This document shows positions 9,001 through 16,365 of a DNA stretch of 64,000 nt, in pieces. The first letter of the stretch is position 1. Each line of letters opens with the position of its first letter. The notes below the pieces were generated by a model. That model did no database searches, was not told the origin of the DNA, and saw nothing but the letters and a program-made list of their open reading frames with translations. Both the position numbers and the translations under genes were made by a program. Origin of the DNA: Kiritimatiellia bacterium (lineage in GTDB: Bacteria > Verrucomicrobiota > Kiritimatiellia > RFP12 > UBA1067); NCBI GenBank assembly GCA_017427485.1, contig JAFRSR010000142.1:1862-65861 (forward strand), in the 5' to 3' direction.

Positions 9001-9874
9001 GGCTGCCATCGCGCCGGGACGCACCTACCACATCGCGCTCGTGTTCGCGCCGCAGCCGGACCGCAAGATGCTCTGCACGGCGTACATCCGCGACGCAGAT
9101 ACGGGCGACCTGCTGAACACGGGCAGCGGGACACAGGCCCTAGACTGGACGCTGGGTGACATCCCGCAGACGAACGGATGCTGGCTGGGCCATTCGAGCT
9201 ACGCCAGCAACAACGACCCCGACGCGCGCTACCACGAGGTGCGCATCCACCACCGCCCGATGTCGGCCGCGCAGGCAGAGGCGAGCTGTCTGGCGGGTCC
9301 TGACGCCGTGTACTACTTCCGCAAGAAGGGCGCGGGCACGCTCACGATGACGGGCGCGAACACGTACACGACCGGCACGGCCGTGGACGGCGGCACGCTG
9401 AAGCTCGCGAGCGGCGCGACGCTGCCCGCGACGGAGATGTGGGCGGGCTCGGGGGCGACGCTCGACCTGAACGGCACCTTGCAGACGGCCCGCGAGCTGG
9501 GCGGCACGGGCACGGTCAAGGGCGGCACGCTCGCCGTAACGGACACGATCCAGCCGGGCGGACGCAAGACCGTCGGCACGCTCACGGTGGACGGCACGTC
9601 GCTCACGTCTGGCACCCTCGTCGTGGACACCGGTGCGGACGGTACGTGCGACTGCCTCGCGGCGACGGGCACGCTCGACCTCTCGAACCTCTCGCTCGCG
9701 CTCAGCGACGTGACGGCGCTCGACGAAACGAAAATCTACACGATTGCCACGGCGCCGAGCTTCACGGGTTCGTTCGCCGGCGTAACGCTCCCGAACCGAA
9801 AGTGGCGCGTCTCCGTCGCCGATACGAAGGTGAAGCTCGTCTACGCCAACGGAACGGTACTATATTTCAGGTAG
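6011..9874 (+). CDS. giant secreted beta-helix protein with autotransporter-associated beta-strand (PATR) repeats and a LamG/ConA-like domain
   Basis: Signal peptide MKSHVFLFLVVVAACATLPARA. PATR-type repeat KKGAGTLTMTGANTYTTGTAVDGGTLKL. LamG-like block HRWSF...IEVWVTPLSF...WLGHSSY...YHEVRIHHRPMS. It is a paralogue of 16366-19947 and ends ...NGTVLYFR. Confidence 0.8.
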   Translation: MKSHVFLFLVVVAACATLPARAALTVTATNGVESLTLTFDAAADVRELWCAWDDADKGAGFADWAESERVAIVAADETALTVALPNDARRAAYARFFLFEGGASYPCAFIRGTGTQYLNTGYFATPKTSIGMEFELEDLFTVQQIVFGSEGSTSIVRAYINGNGLWAWAFIDGATGNWKSSDVPFDHRRTLITLDGYNDLYSISVDGVAVHSEAISAAVADTKRTATCDVPIYLLASRNTQGGDVGQIMKAKFYGATIDEEGVRQHTYVPYVSAGVAGAYDSVADAFLGNVGTGEFVPGGRGGDVSGAEAGEALDLDAVRGGSAGPETVYVNVGKTKTVVFDGPATIDYRLVKIGEGTLVLEGTRTFNHDVIISNGILRANWATSGLAGTHLGICNAGSNANLCYFQETSDSFTASVAASGPGTVELYGYSGVIPFQQDLTVNFGGDGRTVTRGANGFNTTSFWLTHSSSTNSTTFVNNIDFAGLNLESKGSGSGTAFYTGYITNSTSTTAGVWNFWGGNIVLVGSNGGRTRDVYGYQVNNHASTLIFSNATIEVTHDFLAGADNNQVSHTTLVNCRRYAQSANWDFISGAAGTTLVIDGGSFERPNAYMIVGYTSNRKGTCTVTNDAVVSSQQIRTYPDGCFRQCGGTSSFLRLIQYGGLVELHGGRMNLTSGEQHVGSSSPQGPSTFAMYGGTLYVSDGQNMQIGSYSKGWFHQEGGEVSVPNYFAVGRYAAGDGRLDVHGGTFTHRNQGAIRIGEDGTGTVSVANGGTFVDLAGNSPMSANAKGVGTLFLSPDGVFETPQLKAGAAGRDNGVVFNGGTLKLRTNGSPSAFLDSTLTRVTVSPYGGAIDTNGKGDFTLNRALGPTTDAGDLSEALAHRWSFKGGSLVDSVGGLTATVGGTVDLEDGAVRLKGTSRGTSCVNLGTDLLPTDGRGATIEVWVTPLSFKSWARVIDFGPGSEGTGKDLYFSFNDGNNTAEARAHFRTINATLNCYIPSAAIAPGRTYHIALVFAPQPDRKMLCTAYIRDADTGDLLNTGSGTQALDWTLGDIPQTNGCWLGHSSYASNNDPDARYHEVRIHHRPMSAAQAEASCLAGPDAVYYFRKKGAGTLTMTGANTYTTGTAVDGGTLKLASGATLPATEMWAGSGATLDLNGTLQTARELGGTGTVKGGTLAVTDTIQPGGRKTVGTLTVDGTSLTSGTLVVDTGADGTCDCLAATGTLDLSNLSLALSDVTALDETKIYTIATAPSFTGSFAGVTLPNRKWRVSVADTKVKLVYANGTVLYFR

Positions 9875-9888
9875 CAACGGACGAATTG

Positions 9889-9897
9889 TGCTATAAT
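9889..9897 (+). promoter_or_regulatory. extended -10 box (TGCTATAAT) of a reused promoter/5' module
   Basis: tgctataat is followed by 7 nt and then ATG 9905, which opens an 8-codon mini-ORF. The module is homologous to 15025-15060 and 16335-16365. Confidence 0.5.
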
Positions 9898-9927
9898 TTT
9901 CGCCATGAAAAAGAAGGATCGTACCGC

Positions 9928-10098
9928 ATGACGGAACTGGACAAGAAACTGGCGAAGGCCGCGCGCGAATGCAGCGCGGATGCTGTCCGTCGTACCTTTG
10001 AGGCAGGGCGTCCCATTACGATCCTGGTCGGGAACAGGGTCGTCCGCAGATGGGCTGACGGGCATGAGGAACTGGTTGAGGAGCTGCCGCCGCGATGA
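9928..10098 (+). CDS. small putative antitoxin (56 aa) paired with the zeta-toxin-like kinase
   Basis: MTELDKKLAKAARECSADAVRRTFEAGRPITILVG... The stop overlaps the next start (ATGA at 10095-10098). Size and position are typical of a type II antitoxin. Confidence 0.55.
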   Translation: MTELDKKLAKAARECSADAVRRTFEAGRPITILVGNRVVRRWADGHEELVEELPPR

Positions 10099-10835
10099 TC
10101 AGCCGCTTTCGAATGGTCGCCGGGCCGAACGGCTCCGGAAAATCAACGCTTGCGGCGTGGCTTGCGCGCGATTACGCGGTCAACTTCTACACGATGCTCA
10201 ACGCCGACGACGTCTATGCCCTCGTGCAGCGCACGCGGGCGTACTTCGCGCCATTTCCGATTGACGGCGCATCGCTCGCCGCGTATGCCGGGAGCACGAG
10301 CTACGCGGACGCGGAGAAGGGGCGGTTTTCGTCGGGCGAGATTTCGGTCGATGCGGACTGCGTGCGCTTTGCCACGGCGGAGTCGGTCAATTCATACACC
10401 GTTGCCCTGCTCGTCAACTTCCTGCAGGACGAATGCATCAACCGCGGCATCAGCTTTTCGCAGGAGACCGTGTTCTCCCATCCGTCCAAGGTGGCCGCGC
10501 TTGCCAAGGCGAAGGCGGCGGGATTCCGTACGTATCTGTACTATGTTGCCACGGACAGCGCGTCCATCAACGCCGACCGCGTCGCCGAACGGTACGCGCT
10601 CGGCGGTCACGACGTGCCGCCGGACAAGATCGTCGCCCGATACGTCCGTTCACTTGCGAACCTGCCAGATGCAATGCCGCATCTTTCGCGGGCTTTTTTC
10701 TTCGACAACTCCGGCGCGGAAATGCGCTACCTCGCAAGTTATTCCAAAGATTCCGGTATAGACATCCTCGTGCCTGAAGCCGATTTGCCGCAGTGGTTCA
10801 AGAAGTCTGAGATTGTGAAGAAGGTGCAACTATGA
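10095..10835 (+). CDS. zeta-toxin family / COG4185-type P-loop kinase
   Basis: Walker A VAGPNGSGKST. Downstream SFSQETVFS...AGFRTYLYYVATDS...ADRVAERYALGGHDVPPDKIVARY...FFFDNS matches the zeta-toxin/COG4185 layout. Confidence 0.7.
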   Translation: MISRFRMVAGPNGSGKSTLAAWLARDYAVNFYTMLNADDVYALVQRTRAYFAPFPIDGASLAAYAGSTSYADAEKGRFSSGEISVDADCVRFATAESVNSYTVALLVNFLQDECINRGISFSQETVFSHPSKVAALAKAKAAGFRTYLYYVATDSASINADRVAERYALGGHDVPPDKIVARYVRSLANLPDAMPHLSRAFFFDNSGAEMRYLASYSKDSGIDILVPEADLPQWFKKSEIVKKVQL

Positions 10836-13420
10836 AGCGACTGATGTTGTTTGCAGTTTTGGCGGTCGGGGCAAGCATGCCCATCATGGCGGCGATGCTG
10901 GACCTGGCGGGGACGGACATGACCGTCTCCGACGTGACGGCTCTCGCGTCGTACGACGGCGTGACGAACTCGTCCGCAACCGCCGCCACGCTCACGTTCA
11001 ACATCGCCGACGACCAGTCGTACGACCTGACCATCGGCGGCAACGTCGCGGTTGTGAAGGCTGGCGCGGGCACGCTCTCGCTCGGCAAGGCCGACCGCAC
11101 CTTCACGGGCGGCACGACGGTCTCGCAGGGCAAGCTCGTCCTTGCCGAAAACAACGCCAAGGCCCTCGGCACGGGCACCGTCACCGTCGCGGACGGCGCG
11201 ACGCTCGACTTCAACGGCGCGTTGAGCGGGGCGCACGGCGCCATTTCATCGGTCTACGCCGAGGGCGCCGGCGTCGACGGCAACGGCGCGCTCGTCAACT
11301 CGGGCGCGAATCACGTCAACAAGTACCTGTCGTCATCCGGCGCATTGTACCTGACGGGCGACCTGCTCTTCAACCCCTCGAACCGCCTTGATGTTGGGAA
11401 CATCTACCCGCAAGGGCATACGTTCCGGCTCAAGGGCACGGGCACGAATTCAATTACGGCACGCGTCAACCACTACTACAACCCACAGGGTGGCGACATC
11501 AGCATCGAGCATGGCACGTATCTGGCGTACGAGGGGGATTCGTTCGGCAATACCGCGAACAAGAGCACGGTCTATCTGCGCGGCGGCGTATTGTGTGTTT
11601 GGCGTGACGGCGACACCTCCCTCAGCGCAAGCCCGGTCGTGGTCGAGCAGGCTTCGACGGTTCAGTCGTTGGCCAGAAACGCCAACCGCAACATGTACTT
11701 CGCAAAGCCTGTTACCGTGAATGCGCCGTTGACGCTTGCCCGTGCATCTGGCAGTACGACTGGGCATATCGCCACCATCGGCGTCAACAACAGCGAGAAC
11801 GCACTGGCCGGCACAGGTCCAATCACGGTCGAGGGGGGCGTGAAGTTCACGTACGCGGTCGCGTACACGTCGGCGAAGAACACGTATTCGGGTCCAATCA
11901 TTGTCAAAAACACCGGAACGCTGGGCATCGGCGCGGGGAAACGCGGTGCGCTGACCTCGGGATCGGTCACCAACAACGGCACGGTCGCCTACAACTGCAC
12001 GAAGGACGTAACGGTCTCGCCGAGGGAGATTGTCGGCGGCAAGTTCACGCTCCCGACGGACCTTGTGCCGGCCGACGGCGCGCAGTCCGTGACGCTGACC
12101 GTGAACGGAACCGTTCTCACGAACGTGGCGACGACGGTCTACCGCAATGCCTTGACGCTGGACGGCGGCGCGAAGGTGGACGGTGGCTCGATCATCCTGG
12201 GGGAGTCGTCGGACTATGCCGGACAGCTGACGCTCAAGAACTGCCTGGTGACGAACATGACGGCGAACTCGTCAATCTACCGCGGCGTGCTGACGCTCGG
12301 CAACGGCGCACGCTGGGTCGCGCCTGAGCAGCGCATGAACCTCTCTTGGCAGTCCAAGTGGGAATACACCAACACGGTCGCCACGCTTAACATCGAAGAG
12401 GGGAGCGACACGACGATCGGGTATCTCAACTGCGGCCATAACGGCGGATTCCCGTACACCAACATCGTCGACGGCGCGGAGGTCATCTATCATGTGAACA
12501 TGACGGGTATCGTGAACCAGGCGGGCGGCACGTTCCGTACGACGGGTGCCTATCCGGCCAATGGCGAGCCGGACGGCATCCGCCTCGGCCACTACACGTA
12601 TGCGCGGACGTTCTGGAACATGACGGGCGGCAAGCTGATCGTCGGCGAGCCCTACCGCCTCAACATGGCCATCGCCGGACAGTCCACGTTTAACCTGTCG
12701 GGCGGCGAAGTGTTCACCACCGAACTGAACCTAAGCGGACGTTCGAACGACACCGGGTATGGCATCTGGAACATGACCGGCGGCGAGCTGAACATCGGCA
12801 CGAACGGCATCCGCATCTCGACTTCGAAGAACGTCGCCTATCAAGTTAACCTCGGCGGCGGCATTGTGCGGGCCTCGTCGGAGCGGGGCTTCTCGTCCAA
12901 CTTGAGGATGAACCTCACCGGCGCGAGCGGAACGAACGTGACGTTCGACACGACGAACGCGACGGTGACGCTCTCGGGCGTCCTCTCCGGCGCAGGCGGC
13001 CTCGCGAAGGCGGGCACGGGCACGCTCACGCTCTCTGGCGCGAACACCTACGCGGGCGCGACGCGTCTCCTGGACGGCACGGTCGCCTTCACACAGGCGT
13101 ATCCGGGCGGGGACCTGGAGCTGCCCGCCGCCGCGACGGGCGGAACGTCCGCACCGCTTCTCACAGCGCCATCCTTCGCGTTCGCCGCCGGGAAGGGCGT
13201 GCGCGTGACGGAGGCGGACGCGCTCGACGCCTCCACTTTCGGCCCGTCGAAGACGCTCGTCTCGTCCTCTGCGGCGCTGGCGGCGCTGCCGTCGCTCACG
13301 CTGGTGGCCGCGGACGGCACGCCGCTCGCGAACGACGGCAAGTGGATGCTCTACCTGACGAACGGCGGCAAGACGCTGAAGTTCGGTCCCGTGCGCGGCA
13401 CAAAGATTCTTCTGCGGTAG
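10832..13420 (+). CDS. secreted beta-helix protein with PATR repeats
   Basis: Signal peptide MKRLMLFAVLAVGASMPIMAA. Repeats VKAGAGTLSLGKADRTFTGGTTVSQGKLVL and LAKAGTGTLTLSGANTYAGATRLLDGTVAF. The start overlaps the toxin stop (ATGA at 10832-10835). It ends ...RGTKILLR. Confidence 0.8.
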   Translation: MKRLMLFAVLAVGASMPIMAAMLDLAGTDMTVSDVTALASYDGVTNSSATAATLTFNIADDQSYDLTIGGNVAVVKAGAGTLSLGKADRTFTGGTTVSQGKLVLAENNAKALGTGTVTVADGATLDFNGALSGAHGAISSVYAEGAGVDGNGALVNSGANHVNKYLSSSGALYLTGDLLFNPSNRLDVGNIYPQGHTFRLKGTGTNSITARVNHYYNPQGGDISIEHGTYLAYEGDSFGNTANKSTVYLRGGVLCVWRDGDTSLSASPVVVEQASTVQSLARNANRNMYFAKPVTVNAPLTLARASGSTTGHIATIGVNNSENALAGTGPITVEGGVKFTYAVAYTSAKNTYSGPIIVKNTGTLGIGAGKRGALTSGSVTNNGTVAYNCTKDVTVSPREIVGGKFTLPTDLVPADGAQSVTLTVNGTVLTNVATTVYRNALTLDGGAKVDGGSIILGESSDYAGQLTLKNCLVTNMTANSSIYRGVLTLGNGARWVAPEQRMNLSWQSKWEYTNTVATLNIEEGSDTTIGYLNCGHNGGFPYTNIVDGAEVIYHVNMTGIVNQAGGTFRTTGAYPANGEPDGIRLGHYTYARTFWNMTGGKLIVGEPYRLNMAIAGQSTFNLSGGEVFTTELNLSGRSNDTGYGIWNMTGGELNIGTNGIRISTSKNVAYQVNLGGGIVRASSERGFSSNLRMNLTGASGTNVTFDTTNATVTLSGVLSGAGGLAKAGTGTLTLSGANTYAGATRLLDGTVAFTQAYPGGDLELPAAATGGTSAPLLTAPSFAFAAGKGVRVTEADALDASTFGPSKTLVSSSAALAALPSLTLVAADGTPLANDGKWMLYLTNGGKTLKFGPVRGTKILLR

Positions 13421-13431
13421 TCGAAGATAAT

Positions 13432-13471
13432 AAATGTCGCGAAATTGAGAAAACGGAATTTCGCGACATTT
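13432..13471 (+). terminator. perfect 15-bp inverted repeat (hairpin) after the surface-protein gene
   Basis: aaatgtcgcgaaatt (13432-13446) and aatttcgcgacattt (13457-13471) flank a 10-nt loop. The element starts 12 nt after the stop and is followed by the T-containing tract tttctaattt. Confidence 0.55.
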
Positions 13472-13494
13472 CTAATTTACAACTCAGAAAAACG

Positions 13495-13503
13495 TGGTAT
13501 ACT
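13495..13503 (+). promoter_or_regulatory. extended -10 box (TGGTATACT), leaderless geometry
   Basis: tggtatact is followed by 7 nt and then the in-frame ATG 13511, with no SD sequence. Confidence 0.45.
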
Positions 13504-13510
13504 ACATGCC

Positions 13511-14989
13511 ATGTTGAAGAAACAAAATATTGAAACGCATAATTCCGTTCAATTCATCGGTCGCAAGGAGTATCTTGAAGACTTGGAATCGCTCTGGCGG
13601 AAAGCGACGAGTTCGCTAATCGCCTGTCGCGGGAGACGGCGAATTGGCAAGTCGACCCTGATACGCGAGTTCGCCCGCCGGACATCCAGCGCCTACATCG
13701 AGATTGAAGGGTTGCCGCCGGACAAGGAGATGACCAACCAGCGGCAGCTGGACCATTTCGCGGAGGCGCTTGCCGCACAGTCGGACGCGCCGAACGAACC
13801 GTTGTCGAACTGGATCGAGGCGTTCCACCGGCTTGACGGGCAAATAGGCGATGACCGGCGCACCGTGGTTCTTCTGGACGAGATTTCATGGATGGGCGGA
13901 TACGACATCAACTATCCGGGCGCGCTGCGCACGGCATGGGAGACGTTCTTCCACCGCCACCCACGGCTTGTCGTTGCCATCTGCGGTTCCGTTTCGGCGT
14001 GGATCAAGGAGAACATCCTCGACAACACCGGCTTTACCGGGAGATTCTCGCGCGACTACGTTCTGCCGGAACTGGACCTTGCGGAATGTGCCGCATTCTG
14101 GCGAAGTGCGAAGGACCGGGTGTCGGTTCGCGAGATATTCGACGTGCTGTCCGTCACGGGCGGCATCCCGCGTTACCTCGAAGAGATAGATCCCGGACTC
14201 TCGGCAGAGGAGAACATCAGGCGAATGTGCTTTTCCACGAGCGGCGAGCTCTACAAGGATTTCGATGCGATATTCAGTCCGATATTCGGCGAGGACGCCG
14301 TGCTGAAGCGTCGCGTGCTGGAGGCGTTGGCGGACGGCCCGATGTCCGGCGTGGAAATCTCCAATCGCCTCGAGTTGAAGCGCAACGGCCGCGTGTCGTC
14401 CGTGCTTCGGGAACTGAAGGAGGGCGGGTTCGTGTCCGACGATCCTGGCCTCAACCCCGAGACGGGCAAGGATATGCGGACGGGCAAATACCGCCTGAAG
14501 GACAACTACACCCGCTTTTACCTGAAGTACGTCCAGCCGCGCAAGACGCAGATCGAGTCCGGCAGTTTCCGCTTCGCGTCGCTTGGCACGCTGCCTGAAT
14601 GGAATGCGGTCATGGGACTCCAGTTCGAGAACCTGATCGTCAACAACGCCATGTCGCTGATTCCGTACCTGCATCTCGGCAATTCCATCGTGGAGTCCGC
14701 CGCTCCCTACCGCAACGCACGGCGAGACGCGGAAGGCAACAAGGGCGGATGCCAGATAGACCTGTTGATACAGACGCCCATGACGGCGTATGTCGTGGAG
14801 GTCAAGCGGAAACGCGAGATTGACGAGTCGATCATCTCCGAAATGCAAGGCCGCATCGCGCGGCTGCCGTTGCGCAGGGGCATGACGGCGCGTCCCGTCC
14901 TGGTGTACGAAGGCGAGCTCGCGCCCTACGTCGAAGGTTCGGGATATTTCGACGCCGTCATCCCCGCCGCGAAGCTTCTTGGCCGATAG
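13511..14989 (+). CDS. Arch-ATPase (ATPase_2)-type P-loop NTPase with a DUF234-like C-terminal region
   Basis: FIGRKEYLEDLESLW...GRRRIGKSTLIREF (Walker A). VVLLDEISWM (Walker B). C-terminal winged-helix/DUF234-like part. The gene is visibly more A/T-rich than its neighbours. ATG 13511 is preferred over the listed 13445. Confidence 0.65.
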   Translation: MLKKQNIETHNSVQFIGRKEYLEDLESLWRKATSSLIACRGRRRIGKSTLIREFARRTSSAYIEIEGLPPDKEMTNQRQLDHFAEALAAQSDAPNEPLSNWIEAFHRLDGQIGDDRRTVVLLDEISWMGGYDINYPGALRTAWETFFHRHPRLVVAICGSVSAWIKENILDNTGFTGRFSRDYVLPELDLAECAAFWRSAKDRVSVREIFDVLSVTGGIPRYLEEIDPGLSAEENIRRMCFSTSGELYKDFDAIFSPIFGEDAVLKRRVLEALADGPMSGVEISNRLELKRNGRVSSVLRELKEGGFVSDDPGLNPETGKDMRTGKYRLKDNYTRFYLKYVQPRKTQIESGSFRFASLGTLPEWNAVMGLQFENLIVNNAMSLIPYLHLGNSIVESAAPYRNARRDAEGNKGGCQIDLLIQTPMTAYVVEVKRKREIDESIISEMQGRIARLPLRRGMTARPVLVYEGELAPYVEGSGYFDAVIPAAKLLGR

Positions 14990-15024
14990 CCCCCCATTGG
15001 TGGTTTGCCCATTCGGGCGAACTT

Positions 15025-15033
15025 TGCTATACT
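15025..15033 (+). promoter_or_regulatory. extended -10 box (TGCTATACT) of the second copy of the promoter/5' module
   Basis: gctatactttccgcaaaggaaaaggtgacgg is homologous to gctataatttgcggcaaggagaagctgacg at 16336. Confidence 0.4.
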
Positions 15034-15070
15034 TTCCGCAAAGGAAAAGGTGACGGAAGGAGCACGCCGC

Positions 15071-15121
15071 ATGACGGAACTGGACAAGAAACTGGCAAAG
15101 GCCGCCCCGAAGGCGCTGTGA
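15071..15121 (+). pseudogene. 5' relic of the antitoxin gene (16 codons, then TGA)
   Basis: atgacggaactggacaagaaactggcAaaggccgc matches 9928-9962 with one difference. It encodes MTELDKKLAKAAPKAL followed by a stop. Confidence 0.7.
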
Positions 15122-15157
15122 TTCTCGTTCGCTAGATAAACGACAACGGAGATAAAA

Positions 15158-16249
15158 ATGAAAAGACGCGAATTCCTGAGACTTGGAACTGTGGCGGCGG
15201 CGCTGCCGGCCGTGCGGTCGTTTGGTGCGGTGGCGGGCGGCGAACTTCCGCCGTGGGCCGAGGCTAAGATCGACGAGGCCGTGGCCCGGTTCCGCGCGTG
15301 GAAGGGCGCGGACGAGGTGGTGTCGTTCACGTTCGTGACGGACGTCCATTCCCATCTGCTGGAAATCGCGTCCAAGCCGGACTTCTCCAATTCGCGTTAC
15401 CACGTACTCTTCGCGCAGGCCGTGGCGGACCGCGCGGAATGCGATTTCCTCGTGGACGGCGGCGACCACGACTACGACAACGGCAACCCCTCGCCGGAGA
15501 ACGCCCTGAAACGCATGGCCGTGACCAAGCACGTCTACGAGGGCTATGCGGCCAAGCCCGTGCTCTTCTGCCTCGGCAACCACGACCACGGTTCGTACCC
15601 GGCCGACAAGAAGTCCCCGCGCCCCATCTCCTCGGCGCTGTTCGGCGACACCTTCAACGGCCTTGCGGAGAAGCACGGGTTCAAGCTCGCGTTCGGCGAG
15701 AACAAGTCTTGGGGCTTCTACGACGTGCCCGGCAAGAAGTTCCGCGCCATCTTCTGCAACACCTCCGACGACGGCTACTACGGGGTCTCGGTCTCCCAGC
15801 TCGACTTCCTGAAGAAGGCGCTGGAAACGATGCCGGAGGGCTGGACCGCCGCCGCGTTCGGTCACTACTGCGTGTTCAGCGAGATCGGGCACTGGAAGAA
15901 TCCCAACATGACGCTCTTCTCGTGCAAGCGCCGCAAGGAGTTCATGGACGTTCTCGAGTCGTTCGTGCAGAAGCGCCCGAACGCGCTCGCGGGGTATTTC
16001 TGCGGCGACAGCCACTTCGACAACGAGATGGAGCTGCGGGGCGTGAACTGGACGATCTTCCAGGGGTACGGCGGCGTGGGCCGCGCGAACAAGCCGTGGG
16101 GCGCGCGCACGGTGTCGTTCAGCCGCGCGAAGGACATGCTGTTCGACATCGTGGCCGTCAAGCCGTCCGTCGGCGAGTTCAAGATCTTCCGCGTCGGGGC
16201 GGGCGGCCCGGTCTGCGACCGTCTCTGCGTCTTCCACAACAGGTTTTAG
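15158..16249 (+). CDS. Tat-signal metallophosphoesterase (calcineurin-like)
   Basis: Twin-arginine N-terminus MKRREFLRLGTVAAALPAV. Metallophosphoesterase motifs DVHSH, DGGDHDYDNG and GNHDH. Confidence 0.7.
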   Translation: MKRREFLRLGTVAAALPAVRSFGAVAGGELPPWAEAKIDEAVARFRAWKGADEVVSFTFVTDVHSHLLEIASKPDFSNSRYHVLFAQAVADRAECDFLVDGGDHDYDNGNPSPENALKRMAVTKHVYEGYAAKPVLFCLGNHDHGSYPADKKSPRPISSALFGDTFNGLAEKHGFKLAFGENKSWGFYDVPGKKFRAIFCNTSDDGYYGVSVSQLDFLKKALETMPEGWTAAAFGHYCVFSEIGHWKNPNMTLFSCKRRKEFMDVLESFVQKRPNALAGYFCGDSHFDNEMELRGVNWTIFQGYGGVGRANKPWGARTVSFSRAKDMLFDIVAVKPSVGEFKIFRVGAGGPVCDRLCVFHNRF

Positions 16250-16334
16250 TGATATTTAGAAAAGTCTAGTCCTTCGTGTCGGTCGCGACAAGCGCGACCG
16301 CTCCCGCTGGCGGTTTGCCCAAGAGGGCGATGTA

Positions 16335-16343
16335 TGCTATAAT
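16335..16343 (+). promoter_or_regulatory. extended -10 box (TGCTATAAT), third copy of the promoter/5' module
   Basis: tgctataat is followed by a short leader carrying the SD aaggag (16351-16356) and then ATG 16366. Confidence 0.5.
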
Positions 16344-16365
16344 TTGCGGCAAGGAGAAGCTGACG

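Noticed and set aside
13886-16237. 783-aa ORF on the minus strand spanning the ATPase and metallophosphoesterase genes
   Set aside because: It is antisense to two plus-strand ORFs with recognisable motifs. Its Arg/Ala/Gly/His-rich, low-complexity translation is typical of shadow ORFs in high-GC DNA, and it crosses an intergenic spacer.
16255-16272. Shared 10-mer aaaagtctag upstream of the giant genes at 16366 and 46251 (also at 46171-46180) as a possible regulator site
   Set aside because: It is a single 10-nt match between A/T-rich spacers. By a rough estimate, a few such matches are expected by chance among the intergenic regions of this window. There is no third copy, and the distance to the start is not conserved.
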